Positions 37,424 through 46,187 of a DNA stretch of 64,000 bases are shown here, in pieces. Each line of letters begins with the position of its first letter. The stretch's first letter is position 1. The notes below the pieces were generated by a model. That model ran no database searches, had not been told where the DNA came from, and was given only the letters and a program-made list of their open reading frames with translations. The translations under genes were made by a program, and so were the position numbers. This stretch comes from a virus (Duplodnaviria; Caudoviricetes), in the IMG/VR virus record IMGVR_UViG_3300036886_000214, positions 445 through 64,444 of that record. One strand, given 5' to 3'.

Positions 37424-38056
37424 TTAGTTAATGATTAAATTTCCCATACAATCTAAAACAACAAAATTGATTATCGGTGTTCTGCAAATAATCTCTACTG
37501 CATCACCAATATTCTGAGATTGAATTGAGCCGGGTATGCCTACAGAGGTGGTTTGATTTCCAAATTGAATTTGCTGCCCTGCTAATTGCTGAATAAGAAA
37601 ATCACCTGCGCCAACTCTAACTACCTTAATAACATCGCCTGTATTCATTATAGCGGGCATCGTTAAAGTTGCTAATCCAGCCGAATTGACAAAGTAACCA
37701 GTATTGGGCGCCATGACAGTGCTGCCCGTAATTTCTACCCAATGAAATGACATGATAAATGGACCGGCTGCAAATGCTAGCCAAGCCCCGGCTTGATAAC
37801 CAAGAAATTGGTCATTGACGCTATCATAAAGCATCATGCCGTCTTCAGGATTTAAAGTGGCTGTTTCAGCGGGTGTTAATCTGGAGAGTAATAATGCGCC
37901 ATCATTTCCTTGTATTTCAACGGCAGCCGAAACAACACCCTCGTCATTTATAGTTAAAACAGGAAGGTTATCAGGAGACCCACCACTATTATTCGTAGTG
38001 TCACCAACCAAAATGGCTGTCGTAAAAACAGTTGGTGAAATTAAATTTAGTGCCAT
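37424..38056 (-). CDS. fibre-associated structural protein
   Basis: N-domain shared with large fibres, C-domain shared with 36821..37411. Confidence 0.65.
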   Translation of the reverse strand: MALNLISPTVFTTAILVGDTTNNSGGSPDNLPVLTINDEGVVSAAVEIQGNDGALLLSRLTPAETATLNPEDGMMLYDSVNDQFLGYQAGAWLAFAAGPFIMSFHWVEITGSTVMAPNTGYFVNSAGLATLTMPAIMNTGDVIKVVRVGAGDFLIQQLAGQQIQFGNQTTSVGIPGSIQSQNIGDAVEIICRTPIINFVVLDCMGNLIIN

Positions 38057-38066
38057 ATATATATTC

Positions 38067-38852
38067 CTATGCGGGGATAGCCCAGGTTAAATTGCCAAGA
38101 TTGTCAGAGGTTAAAAAATATCCAGGCCCAGGAGGAGGGGCTGAGGGTAAGGTATAAATACTATCTTGAGCTAAAGCATGAGGTGCCCTAAATGTGACGT
38201 TAAAATCATTAGCAAAATCATAAAAACTCAAAAGACTGCTAGCAAATATATATAAATTAGCGTTTAATAAGATATTGTCGCTAGAGGTAATGCCATCAAC
38301 ATTCAATACCCCATTACAATCAATACCATCAAGACCAGTCATAATGTTTGCATCACTGATAAGCACGCCTGAATTAAGGGTAAGAGTTCCTGTAGCGTTT
38401 CCCCAGCGTACGACTGCCGTATCAGTGCTGATTACCGGCCCCGTTATATTTCCATCACCTAGACCAAAGTTCACCCATGCTGCTACATCAAATCCTTCAT
38501 ATCTATTAGAAGTGGTGTTAAATCGAATCATTCCATTTTCAGGGACTAATGGTCTTTGCACCATTGTTCCAAACGGTAACGTGATTGCCCCAACACCTAA
38601 ACAGATTGGATTTTCTTCACACATCGAATTAATGCCGCCAGAAGTGGCAGTCATTGGAACAGTATCAAACATGATTAATTGACCAGCAGTTCGATCGAAA
38701 TTCACCTTATCTGTGGCAATTGAAATAGGACTGGCTTGACCTAAACCATCCTGTAATTGCTCTAAATTTGTCGTAAAACCTTGACCATTATTCGTGGTTG
38801 TTAAAAGGTCACCAAAGGTTTGTGACGGAGCTAAAAGTGTTAATTGCGTCAT
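38067..38852 (-). CDS. fibre-associated structural protein
   Basis: LPFGTMVQRP..ENGMIRFN module. Confidence 0.65.
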   Translation of the reverse strand: MTQLTLLAPSQTFGDLLTTTNNGQGFTTNLEQLQDGLGQASPISIATDKVNFDRTAGQLIMFDTVPMTATSGGINSMCEENPICLGVGAITLPFGTMVQRPLVPENGMIRFNTTSNRYEGFDVAAWVNFGLGDGNITGPVISTDTAVVRWGNATGTLTLNSGVLISDANIMTGLDGIDCNGVLNVDGITSSDNILLNANLYIFASSLLSFYDFANDFNVTFRAPHALAQDSIYTLPSAPPPGPGYFLTSDNLGNLTWAIPA

Positions 38853-39332
38853 TTATCCTCCCCACCAAATATCATCAAGAGCCGCTCTACGTTCATCTTC
38901 TGGCAATGCAGGAACCCCATCAGGCCACGCTGGTTGAAATTCAAGATTTGTATTGTTCCCAATTAAATCGACCTGTGTAGTGGTGATGTATGAACCCCAA
39001 AAAGACCAATTAACGATTTCTAATTGTCCCCAAACTGGTGATTGAATATTCGACCAATAAAAGAAAAGTGTTTGAGGCGGTCTTGGGTCTTTTAAAGGAA
39101 CTGGATCGGGTTTTAATTGAGGTGGTCTAAATTGCTCTTGAGGCATATCAACCCAAGATTTTCCTACTATAAATCCAGTCCAGACCAAACGGTTTCCGCG
39201 CCATTCCATCTGTTTGACCATATCTTTTCGATTAAACACAAGCCCCGAATAATCACAAATACCAAGACCAGTAGGATGATCGGGGTCAATTTTAACGTTT
39301 TTGCCATATTGAAACCTCATACCGTTGTCCAC
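38853..39332 (-). CDS. conserved phage neck-region protein
   Basis: GICDYSGL...DPVPLKDPRP. Confidence 0.6.
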   Translation of the reverse strand: MDNGMRFQYGKNVKIDPDHPTGLGICDYSGLVFNRKDMVKQMEWRGNRLVWTGFIVGKSWVDMPQEQFRPPQLKPDPVPLKDPRPPQTLFFYWSNIQSPVWGQLEIVNWSFWGSYITTTQVDLIGNNTNLEFQPAWPDGVPALPEDERRAALDDIWWGG

Positions 39333-40375
39333 CCTGATTCATATGAACCAAAAATCCGAAGTGGTACACGCTCAGCATCTTCTCTGGCAGCCATATCAAA
39401 TGCATCACGATATTCTTCTTTAAGAAGCATTAAGCGTTCTTTATCAGGGGAATATTTGACTGCCAATCTAATAGCCAGTCCCGCAGTTAAAGCATCATAA
39501 AAACGTTGAGGAATTTCAGCCATATTAATTAATGAACCAATGTCCTGTAACATACGAACACGGGTATAAAACAAATTGTTATAAGGCTGAGTAGGCGTCG
39601 GCCAAATGTAGATATTTGGATTGATTTGTCGGTCAACCCAGAAGCTTGTAGGACGCCCGGTTTGTGCCTTATTAGGGATATCAATATAATCTGAACGGGA
39701 AATTCGAGTAATCGGGATATCCAACAAAGCAGTATTGAAATACAATTCTTGGATGTTTAAGGTCGCACCACCCGTTTCAATAATTCTAAAATATTGACCA
39801 AAAATGGGCACAGGAATCACAAACCAGGTATTGCTGCCTATAAGATATTGTTGTGCAGGGACAGAAAGAACAGTAAACCAATTGATATTATCATTAGAAT
39901 ATTGGAAGTTAAGAGTATAAGTTAGAGTAGCATTTGATTGCACACCAACCATAGCAATTGCATATTGGATACCCGCACCGTAATTGTAAGCAATCCAACC
40001 ATCTGGTGCGTTTTGAATACACGCGGTAGCAGAGTTTCCATCAAAAGCATTAGCAGCCACTCCTGAACTTGAAAGCGCAAGACCCCCTAATTGACGCTGA
40101 GAAGTACGAATAGTCGCTTCTAATACATCGCTGGTAGGAATCGGAAGTTGATAAGAGCTTTGGTTTGGAACAAGGTTTAACATGGATTGAGTAACAGTCC
40201 AAAGATTTAAACCACGGTTAATCCATTCTGATAGAATAAAATTAATGGAACGTTGAGCAGATGTGACTTGTAATCCAGTGACTACATCGGGCTTGATACC
40301 AGCACGTTCGAAAGCATCGGCAATCAGTTGATCGCTTTGGGATGTTCCAAATGTGTAAGTACTAGAAAAGCCCAT
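39317..40375 (-). CDS. head-tail connector / tail tubular-A-like protein
   Basis: AFERAG, EWINRGLNLWT, ISRSDY..IPNK.QTGRP, IPQRFYDALTAGLA. Confidence 0.7.
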   Translation of the reverse strand: MGFSSTYTFGTSQSDQLIADAFERAGIKPDVVTGLQVTSAQRSINFILSEWINRGLNLWTVTQSMLNLVPNQSSYQLPIPTSDVLEATIRTSQRQLGGLALSSSGVAANAFDGNSATACIQNAPDGWIAYNYGAGIQYAIAMVGVQSNATLTYTLNFQYSNDNINWFTVLSVPAQQYLIGSNTWFVIPVPIFGQYFRIIETGGATLNIQELYFNTALLDIPITRISRSDYIDIPNKAQTGRPTSFWVDRQINPNIYIWPTPTQPYNNLFYTRVRMLQDIGSLINMAEIPQRFYDALTAGLAIRLAVKYSPDKERLMLLKEEYRDAFDMAAREDAERVPLRIFGSYESGWTTV

Positions 40376-40390
40376 CTATTCATCCTATAT

Positions 40391-40588
40391 TTAACCTTTA
40401 TGCTTAGAAAGACCCTTTAGGGTTTCAGCCAAATTAGCTCTTTTTCGCATAGTAGGATTGCTAGAATGCTCTGCCTTTTCAAGCTTAGCTTCTGGTATTT
40501 TTTCACCTTCAGGAACATGAAGAGCCTTATGCAAAGCGCCCTTTTTCATGTGCATCTTTTGAATAAAATTCTTTTTAGCTCTACTCAT
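40391..40588 (-). CDS. small basic conserved phage protein
   Basis: KKGALHKALHVPEGEKIP..RANLAETLK; start moved to MSRAKK. Confidence 0.6.
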   Translation of the reverse strand: MSRAKKNFIQKMHMKKGALHKALHVPEGEKIPEAKLEKAEHSSNPTMRKRANLAETLKGLSKHKG

Positions 40589-41208
40589 GAAGTTAATCCT
40601 TGTTGCAGATAGGTGACAGAAAGTGAACCCGTCCCCGCATTGTTTCTGACGGTGCAATATTTAATGGGGAAATTGATAGAACCAAATTGATCAACAGCAG
40701 AACCAATCATAGCTGCAATAGGGCTAAAATTATCAACGGTAAATGTATCAACTAATGACGCAAAAAATGTAAAGTCCACAGCCCCAGCAACTTCAACCTG
40801 AACGCTCAAATTGGCATTATTAGCATGAAAATCATATGTAAATGCTTTTACATAACCAACGATACCAGTACCTACAGAGAAAGCAGCCGCCGCCCCACTG
40901 GCTGTTATAGAAGTAATTTGGTCATAAAGATTGACTGACTGTACAGTTGTGTTATTCGGACCTGCAAGAACTTCATTTACCGGTTGTCCCAAATAAGAAC
41001 CAACAATAGTAAAGTTAACACCAGTCAAATTATTGACCGAGGTTATACTGATTGCTCTACTCAAAACATCCGAAATTACTGCAATCCCACCAGGCTGATT
41101 ACCATAATAACCATTTAAATTAACCAGACCTGGCCCTGCTAATGTTTGTAGCAGGGCTATAGAATTATGAGATATTGCTGGCCAAAGTACGGTCTGTGGT
41201 CTTGCCAT
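40585..41208 (-). CDS. beta-rich structural (decoration-like) protein
   Basis: Position after capsid; FTIVGS..E...GPN motif. Confidence 0.6.
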   Translation of the reverse strand: MARPQTVLWPAISHNSIALLQTLAGPGLVNLNGYYGNQPGGIAVISDVLSRAISITSVNNLTGVNFTIVGSYLGQPVNEVLAGPNNTTVQSVNLYDQITSITASGAAAAFSVGTGIVGYVKAFTYDFHANNANLSVQVEVAGAVDFTFFASLVDTFTVDNFSPIAAMIGSAVDQFGSINFPIKYCTVRNNAGTGSLSVTYLQQGLTS

Positions 41209-41445
41209 TTAAACAACTTCTCCTACAAGAACAGGCTTTGTTTCAGCAGCTTCAGCTTGTTCAGGAGCCTTAAAAAGCCTTGCAGATTCAGTGTAAGCCT
41301 GGATTGCACCGCTAATGGTGGCAATGTTCGTCTTAGTGATTTTTTGACTTTCCTTAAGACGAAGCAACTGAACAGTTTGTGCATTTAGCTGCGTTTCCAA
41401 TTCCTTAACCTTCTGTTCATACATTTCTACAACTTGATTACTCAT
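41209..41445 (-). CDS. coiled-coil hypothetical protein
   Basis: SD AGGAG; heptad pattern. Confidence 0.6.
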   Translation of the reverse strand: MSNQVVEMYEQKVKELETQLNAQTVQLLRLKESQKITKTNIATISGAIQAYTESARLFKAPEQAEAAETKPVLVGEVV

Positions 41446-41482
41446 AACGACTCCTATCCATATTGTTAAACAAGATCCTTAA

Positions 41483-42391
41483 TTAGCCATGACTTCCGTA
41501 AACAGCGCGGAAGTTAGATACCCCGAAGGAATAACGTTCCGTTGCTTTAGCTTGAAGATTGTCGGTTATAAAATCAGAATAGATATCTGATTCAATCTTC
41601 TTTCTGACATAGTGCTTGAACCCATCATTGGCGTCGGTCAGTAAGAACCATGAATTAGCCCCATTAATTTGGGTCAAAAATTGGTTCGTTCTGTAGCCTT
41701 GGGGGACCGCAGAGACATTATAGATTGCTGAAATGTCATTATTTGCGGTGTTAGTTCTGAAAGCTGACGCAAGTAAGCGTTCTGCCACAAATTGGTTTTG
41801 CGGTGGAACAATTAACTTGGTCGGTTTTGTTTGAACAATCAAACCAGATTGAGATTTGAATTGTTGAATCGCAATAATTCCAGCTTCCAATGATGCTTCA
41901 TTCAAGTCAGCAAAAATTGCTGGTCTGTTTGCAACAACACCGCCGTCAATTGGGTGAGTAGTACTGCAAAGAGCTTGTTGATCTCCTAATGGAAACGCAG
42001 GATTGAAGGCTTGATTGAGAACGCTTGCAGCGAGCACCTCTTTTGTTTGAGCCATTGAATCTCTTAACGCTTCTGCCATCATCGGAAACCTTGTTTTATA
42101 AAGGTTATCTTCGATCGCATTTTGTGTTATGAGAAAGCCTAACGAAATTGTGCGGTTAACATAATTTGTCGTGAAGCGTTGGCCCATGTTATCGATTGCA
42201 GTTGCAGCACCTTCCGCACGAATTTGCGCAAGACCCAACATCTTCATTTCGACTTCAATTTCTACAGCTTTATCAGAGTTGTAGCTTTTAAAGATTTCCG
42301 ACCACTGCGATGGATACATCTGGCTAGAGCGCCAAACTGACGCTAAACCAGGACGCAAAAGTGACTGAATACTACCGGTATTTACGGGCAT
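41483..42391 (-). CDS. major capsid protein (HK97 fold, Mu gpT-like)
   Basis: LLRPGL, SDKAVE, EGAA, AIEDNLY, LIVPP, ATERYSFG..FRAVYGS. Confidence 0.85.
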   Translation of the reverse strand: MPVNTGSIQSLLRPGLASVWRSSQMYPSQWSEIFKSYNSDKAVEIEVEMKMLGLAQIRAEGAATAIDNMGQRFTTNYVNRTISLGFLITQNAIEDNLYKTRFPMMAEALRDSMAQTKEVLAASVLNQAFNPAFPLGDQQALCSTTHPIDGGVVANRPAIFADLNEASLEAGIIAIQQFKSQSGLIVQTKPTKLIVPPQNQFVAERLLASAFRTNTANNDISAIYNVSAVPQGYRTNQFLTQINGANSWFLLTDANDGFKHYVRKKIESDIYSDFITDNLQAKATERYSFGVSNFRAVYGSHG

Positions 42392-42444
42392 GTCTAATTC
42401 TCCCTAAGTGTCTAAATAAGTTAATTCCATTTAACTCGTTACGA

Positions 42445-43065
42445 TTAAGTACCAACTGTACCTGTACCACCCTTGTAGTAGTCGTTGTTAATTACAACTT
42501 CGACATTGTTATAAGGGAAAGGAGCAGGTGGATTACCAAAAGGATCTAAATGATTGTTTGGGTCTGGGACTAATCGTAAAATCTTTACTTGCTTGGTAGC
42601 ACCAACGCCAATAGTGGTTTGATCTAGCATCCAACCAGATTGACCGGAAGCAGTATTTCCAGCTCCAGCAATCAAATCAGCGTTATTTAAAAGATCAACT
42701 TGTTGAACGCCTTGTGCTGAATTACCAACTTGTACGTTGTAAATTACATTAGCATCATCAACAACAGCCGCTAAAACAGGAGCAGCATTCATGGTTACAG
42801 TATTTGCAGGCCAATAAGCAGCAAAAACAACAGTGCCCGTAGTAGTTGTATATTGAACGCCATCAAGAACCCCAGTAATTGGGTTTCCAGCTCCAGCAGT
42901 AGCAATAATTATATAGCCTGCATCATTATAAACAGGATCACCTTGAAAAAGACTGGTGGCATAACCTGAAACAATATTGTATTGATTAGCTTGACCGTTC
43001 CAAAGCGCACCGCTTTGCAAACGAACAGGACGTAAACCCCAAGGGGCGTTAACTCCATAACTCAT
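42445..43065 (-). CDS. capsid cement/decoration protein
   Basis: APWGLRPV, IVSGYATSLFQGDPV; directly upstream of MCP. Confidence 0.65.
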   Translation of the reverse strand: MSYGVNAPWGLRPVRLQSGALWNGQANQYNIVSGYATSLFQGDPVYNDAGYIIIATAGAGNPITGVLDGVQYTTTTGTVVFAAYWPANTVTMNAAPVLAAVVDDANVIYNVQVGNSAQGVQQVDLLNNADLIAGAGNTASGQSGWMLDQTTIGVGATKQVKILRLVPDPNNHLDPFGNPPAPFPYNNVEVVINNDYYKGGTGTVGT

Positions 43066-43102
43066 GTGATATTCTCCGAAAAATCCGTTTAAGAAAAATA
43101 AT

Positions 43103-43206
43103 GGGATAAGCCCTACCGAATTGAAAAGTACGGTACACTTTGAGAAGTTCGCAAACGCGAGTGAGGAAAGTCTCTACCGAATTGATGACGTGGTACGGTA
43201 CACCAC
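43103..43206 (-). ncRNA. tandem pseudoknot cis-regulatory motif in capsid-operon leader
   Basis: Two copies of stem-GTACCGT loop-stem...TCAATT-CGGTA-hairpin with different but paired stems. Confidence 0.65.
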
Positions 43207-43270
43207 ATAGCTAAACGCATCCATACGTCTAGCTAATTAAAGCATAAGAAGCATCTTTGATTTTGTCAAA

Positions 43271-43759
43271 TCAGTCTTCTTTAAAATTTTGAACCTTTGA
43301 AATAGTAGTCTGGTTTTGGAATACGCGACCAGGTAAAACTGGATCATTCATTAGGTTTTCTTCACCAGGAATTGATTGCATGACCTTGTAGTTATAATTC
43401 CTAATGGTCTCTTGTTCAATTTTTCCATATTCTAAAGGCCGTTCACATAAAACTAAGCCACCTTCAAAGATAAAATTACTTTTATCGGTCTTGGGTCTCC
43501 AAGGCACCGTGGATTGAGTACGATGGGGATGTCTGCTTGCAGGAACAAATGTCCACCCTTTATTTTGCATTTGAATAATGCGATGTTCATCAGGCTCGCC
43601 AAAAACGCTATCTCTAACCCAATAGTATTCAAAGCCATCACGAATTTCATTAGGTGGAATGTAGAACCTATCCTGAAACTCCATCCTTAGTGCTTGTTTG
43701 ATACGTTCATCCCGACCATTGTTTGGGATTGGTTCATCATTACGATTCTTTCTTTCCAT
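43271..43759 (-). CDS. conserved head-assembly-region protein
   Basis: GFEYYWVR..GW.FV..GGLVLCERP. Confidence 0.65.
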   Translation of the reverse strand: MERKNRNDEPIPNNGRDERIKQALRMEFQDRFYIPPNEIRDGFEYYWVRDSVFGEPDEHRIIQMQNKGWTFVPASRHPHRTQSTVPWRPKTDKSNFIFEGGLVLCERPLEYGKIEQETIRNYNYKVMQSIPGEENLMNDPVLPGRVFQNQTTISKVQNFKED

Positions 43760-43761
43760 GA

Positions 43762-44736
43762 TTATGCTTTTCCTTTCAGACGTTGGTTTTCCATATCCTT
43801 GACCTTAAAATCAAGAAATTCTGCTTCTGTTAACCCCATAGTAACTGCGAAGGCTTTTTCTTCTGAATTAAGGGATACGGTAGATTTAGAAGATTTGGCT
43901 CTTTGTGCGCCATTACCTACAGGCGCAACGGGTGTATTTGACTGCTTCATGTTTAGCGTCCTTGAATGGGTTGGTTGGGGGTCTGAATAAAATTCTGACC
44001 TGACATAATTATTAATATCGTCAAAATACTCTTTAGTACCGATTTTATCGGTTTGGCCTGTTCGTGCTAACTTTTTATCGTAGGCAGTGGCAAAACCCAA
44101 TACTTCTTCATACATTTCAGGATCGAAATCATCACTATTTTGGTTAAACCAAGTGTTGTCTGACATCCATTTGGCCATGATTGGATTATCGATTTCTTCA
44201 GGCTCATAATCCTCGTTAACTTGTTGGACTTGAGATTGCTGTCCTCTATTAATTTGGGTTGGTTGACGATTGTCCTCATCAATTTGCTTTTGGCTCTTCC
44301 AAACATTTAATTGTTCAGCTTTAGCTGCAAGAAGAGCTAATTCGGCAGTCATCTCAGTCTGAACAGAAATATCACCGTCTTCCAAAGCTTTAGTCAGTTT
44401 CGATTTAGCCCTATCCATGTCTAATTGGACTGTTCTATCATATTGAGACATAGCAATTTCACTAGATTTCTCAGCTATTTGCTTTTGTCTTGTAATTTCT
44501 TCTTCAAGCTGCCTAACCTTATGTTCTAATTCCTTACTCTTGCGCTTTTCCCGATTATATTTAGTTTTTTCGGGAGTAGTAGTTCGGACTTGTTTAATCG
44601 GTTCTTCAACATCCGATGCTTCTTGTTCACCCTCAGATTCAGGTTCAACTGTTTCTTCCTCAGGTAAATCTGAACCAAAACCATCGTTTTCGACGACATC
44701 TAAGCCATTTGTGCCATTTTCTTCCAGCATATACAA
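43762..44736 (-). CDS. capsid scaffolding protein
   Basis: Acidic N-term, coiled coil, W...NTWF, C-terminal helix-turn-helix; position. Confidence 0.7.
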   Translation of the reverse strand: MYMLEENGTNGLDVVENDGFGSDLPEEETVEPESEGEQEASDVEEPIKQVRTTTPEKTKYNREKRKSKELEHKVRQLEEEITRQKQIAEKSSEIAMSQYDRTVQLDMDRAKSKLTKALEDGDISVQTEMTAELALLAAKAEQLNVWKSQKQIDEDNRQPTQINRGQQSQVQQVNEDYEPEEIDNPIMAKWMSDNTWFNQNSDDFDPEMYEEVLGFATAYDKKLARTGQTDKIGTKEYFDDINNYVRSEFYSDPQPTHSRTLNMKQSNTPVAPVGNGAQRAKSSKSTVSLNSEEKAFAVTMGLTEAEFLDFKVKDMENQRLKGKA

Positions 44737-44747
44737 TCCTTGTATAG

Positions 44748-45545
44748 TTAATCCCTAGTAACGTGTGTTGGGCATTCTACGGGCGTTAATACAGCCCATT
44801 CAGGAATCATTTGCACCGGCACACCCCGATAAATGACCTGTGTTCCTTCATTGCGAGGGAAGGCAATCCAATCGCCAACCCTACACCACGGACCTTTTTT
44901 AGCAGGTTTCATCCATCGACCAAAAATGGGTCTAATTAGACATCGGATGAACCAATGTTCTTCATAGCGAGTGCCGGTATAACATTCTGGACCTTGTGAA
45001 AGGACCAAACCAGTACAGCTCTTAAATTTATCATTGGCAGTAACGGCATCTGGTAAATAAATGTGTTTTGTAACGCCATTATTGTCAGTAAATGCTTTTA
45101 ATTGATTCGGCCTTAAATAAACCTTAACGCACATATAATGACCGGACATTCGAGGGGGTTCAAAGCCTAAACTTTGATAGATGGTTTCTTTGGCTTCTTC
45201 TATTTCATCTTCTCTAACAAATCCGAAGAGGTTTTTGCGATTCTTTTTTCTATCTTCTCTGGTTGTAATAACTTCAACCATTTGGGGCATTTCATTTATA
45301 GAAGGATCGATTTCTGTTGCCAATTCATCAAATCCAATAGGGGGGGAGCTGGTCATTGTTGCAATGTCTATGGAAGGAGTGACCGATTCTCCGATGATAG
45401 TGGAAGCATCAATCACCTTCCCATAATTGCTTCCAAATTGGTTTACAATCAAAGATGGTTCAACATGAAGCCCCTTAGAAGGTCTCGTCGTTTTCTGTTT
45501 CATCTTCTGGCCTCCTTGCCAATTCGTTTGCTGGTTTCTCTTCAA
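44748..45545 (-). CDS. GroES-like co-chaperonin with N-terminal extension
   Basis: IYLPD mobile loop, GLVLSQGPECY, PWCRVGDWIAFPRNEG. Confidence 0.75.
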   Translation of the reverse strand: MKRNQQTNWQGGQKMKQKTTRPSKGLHVEPSLIVNQFGSNYGKVIDASTIIGESVTPSIDIATMTSSPPIGFDELATEIDPSINEMPQMVEVITTREDRKKNRKNLFGFVREDEIEEAKETIYQSLGFEPPRMSGHYMCVKVYLRPNQLKAFTDNNGVTKHIYLPDAVTANDKFKSCTGLVLSQGPECYTGTRYEEHWFIRCLIRPIFGRWMKPAKKGPWCRVGDWIAFPRNEGTQVIYRGVPVQMIPEWAVLTPVECPTHVTRD

Positions 45546-45723
45546 AAACCTGCCTAAATAAATCCTTTATTAGGCTATCACATTCATCTATACCTGAAAT
45601 CTTACCACAAATTAAACGATAATCCTCTATCGTTTTAGATGTGCCACTAGAAACTAGATTAGCATAAATATATCTACGTTCCCTAATTTTTTTTAGAGCC
45701 TGTTCGCAGAATCTATCTATCAC
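45475..45723 (-). CDS. conserved hypothetical protein
   Basis: LVSSG...IEDYR.ICGKISGI; between portal and GroES. Confidence 0.6.
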   Translation of the reverse strand: MIDRFCEQALKKIRERRYIYANLVSSGTSKTIEDYRLICGKISGIDECDSLIKDLFRQVFEEKPANELARRPEDETENDETF

Positions 45724-46187
45724 TTCCCTTTGACTACCTTTTTATTAATGGGCAAGCCTTCTTTGGTAGCAACGCCATGTCTAATTTTTGCAACACCACC
45801 CGCTGCCATTTTAACCAAGCCACCCTTTTTATAGCAACTCACTTTACCACCGGCTTTCTTGGCCATAATAGGCTTTTGAGCTTTATCCATGTCTGCATCC
45901 ATCTTAGCCATGCTTTCTTTCTTTTTAGTGCGTCCCTTCACGGCTTGTCGCAATACAGAAGTCTTTTTAGCGGAACCACCTTTCTTTAGATGCAAATCAT
46001 TGGCATGAGGCATCGCGGTGACAGCACCACCGGCTTTATATTTACGCATAGGAGTTTTGGAAGGGGCAGAAGCGCTCATTGGCTTTTCCATAGGAATGGT
46101 ATGCATCTCACCATCAAATATTCGTTTTGCCTTTTCTCGCATTGCGTCATGACCCGCAAATCCAGGTTTGTAATTACTTTGTTCCAC
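45720..46187 (-). CDS. basic low-complexity protein with repeated xxxGGxV motifs
   Basis: YKAGGAV, LKKGGSA, KKAGGKV, YKKGGLV, MAAGGVA. Confidence 0.6.
   Translation of the reverse strand: MEQSNYKPGFAGHDAMREKAKRIFDGEMHTIPMEKPMSASAPSKTPMRKYKAGGAVTAMPHANDLHLKKGGSAKKTSVLRQAVKGRTKKKESMAKMDADMDKAQKPIMAKKAGGKVSCYKKGGLVKMAAGGVAKIRHGVATKEGLPINKKVVKGK

Noticed and set aside
28925-38852. Diversity-generating retroelement or shufflon acting on fibres
   Set aside because: No reverse transcriptase, no near-identical template/variable repeat pair and no inverted cassettes seen.
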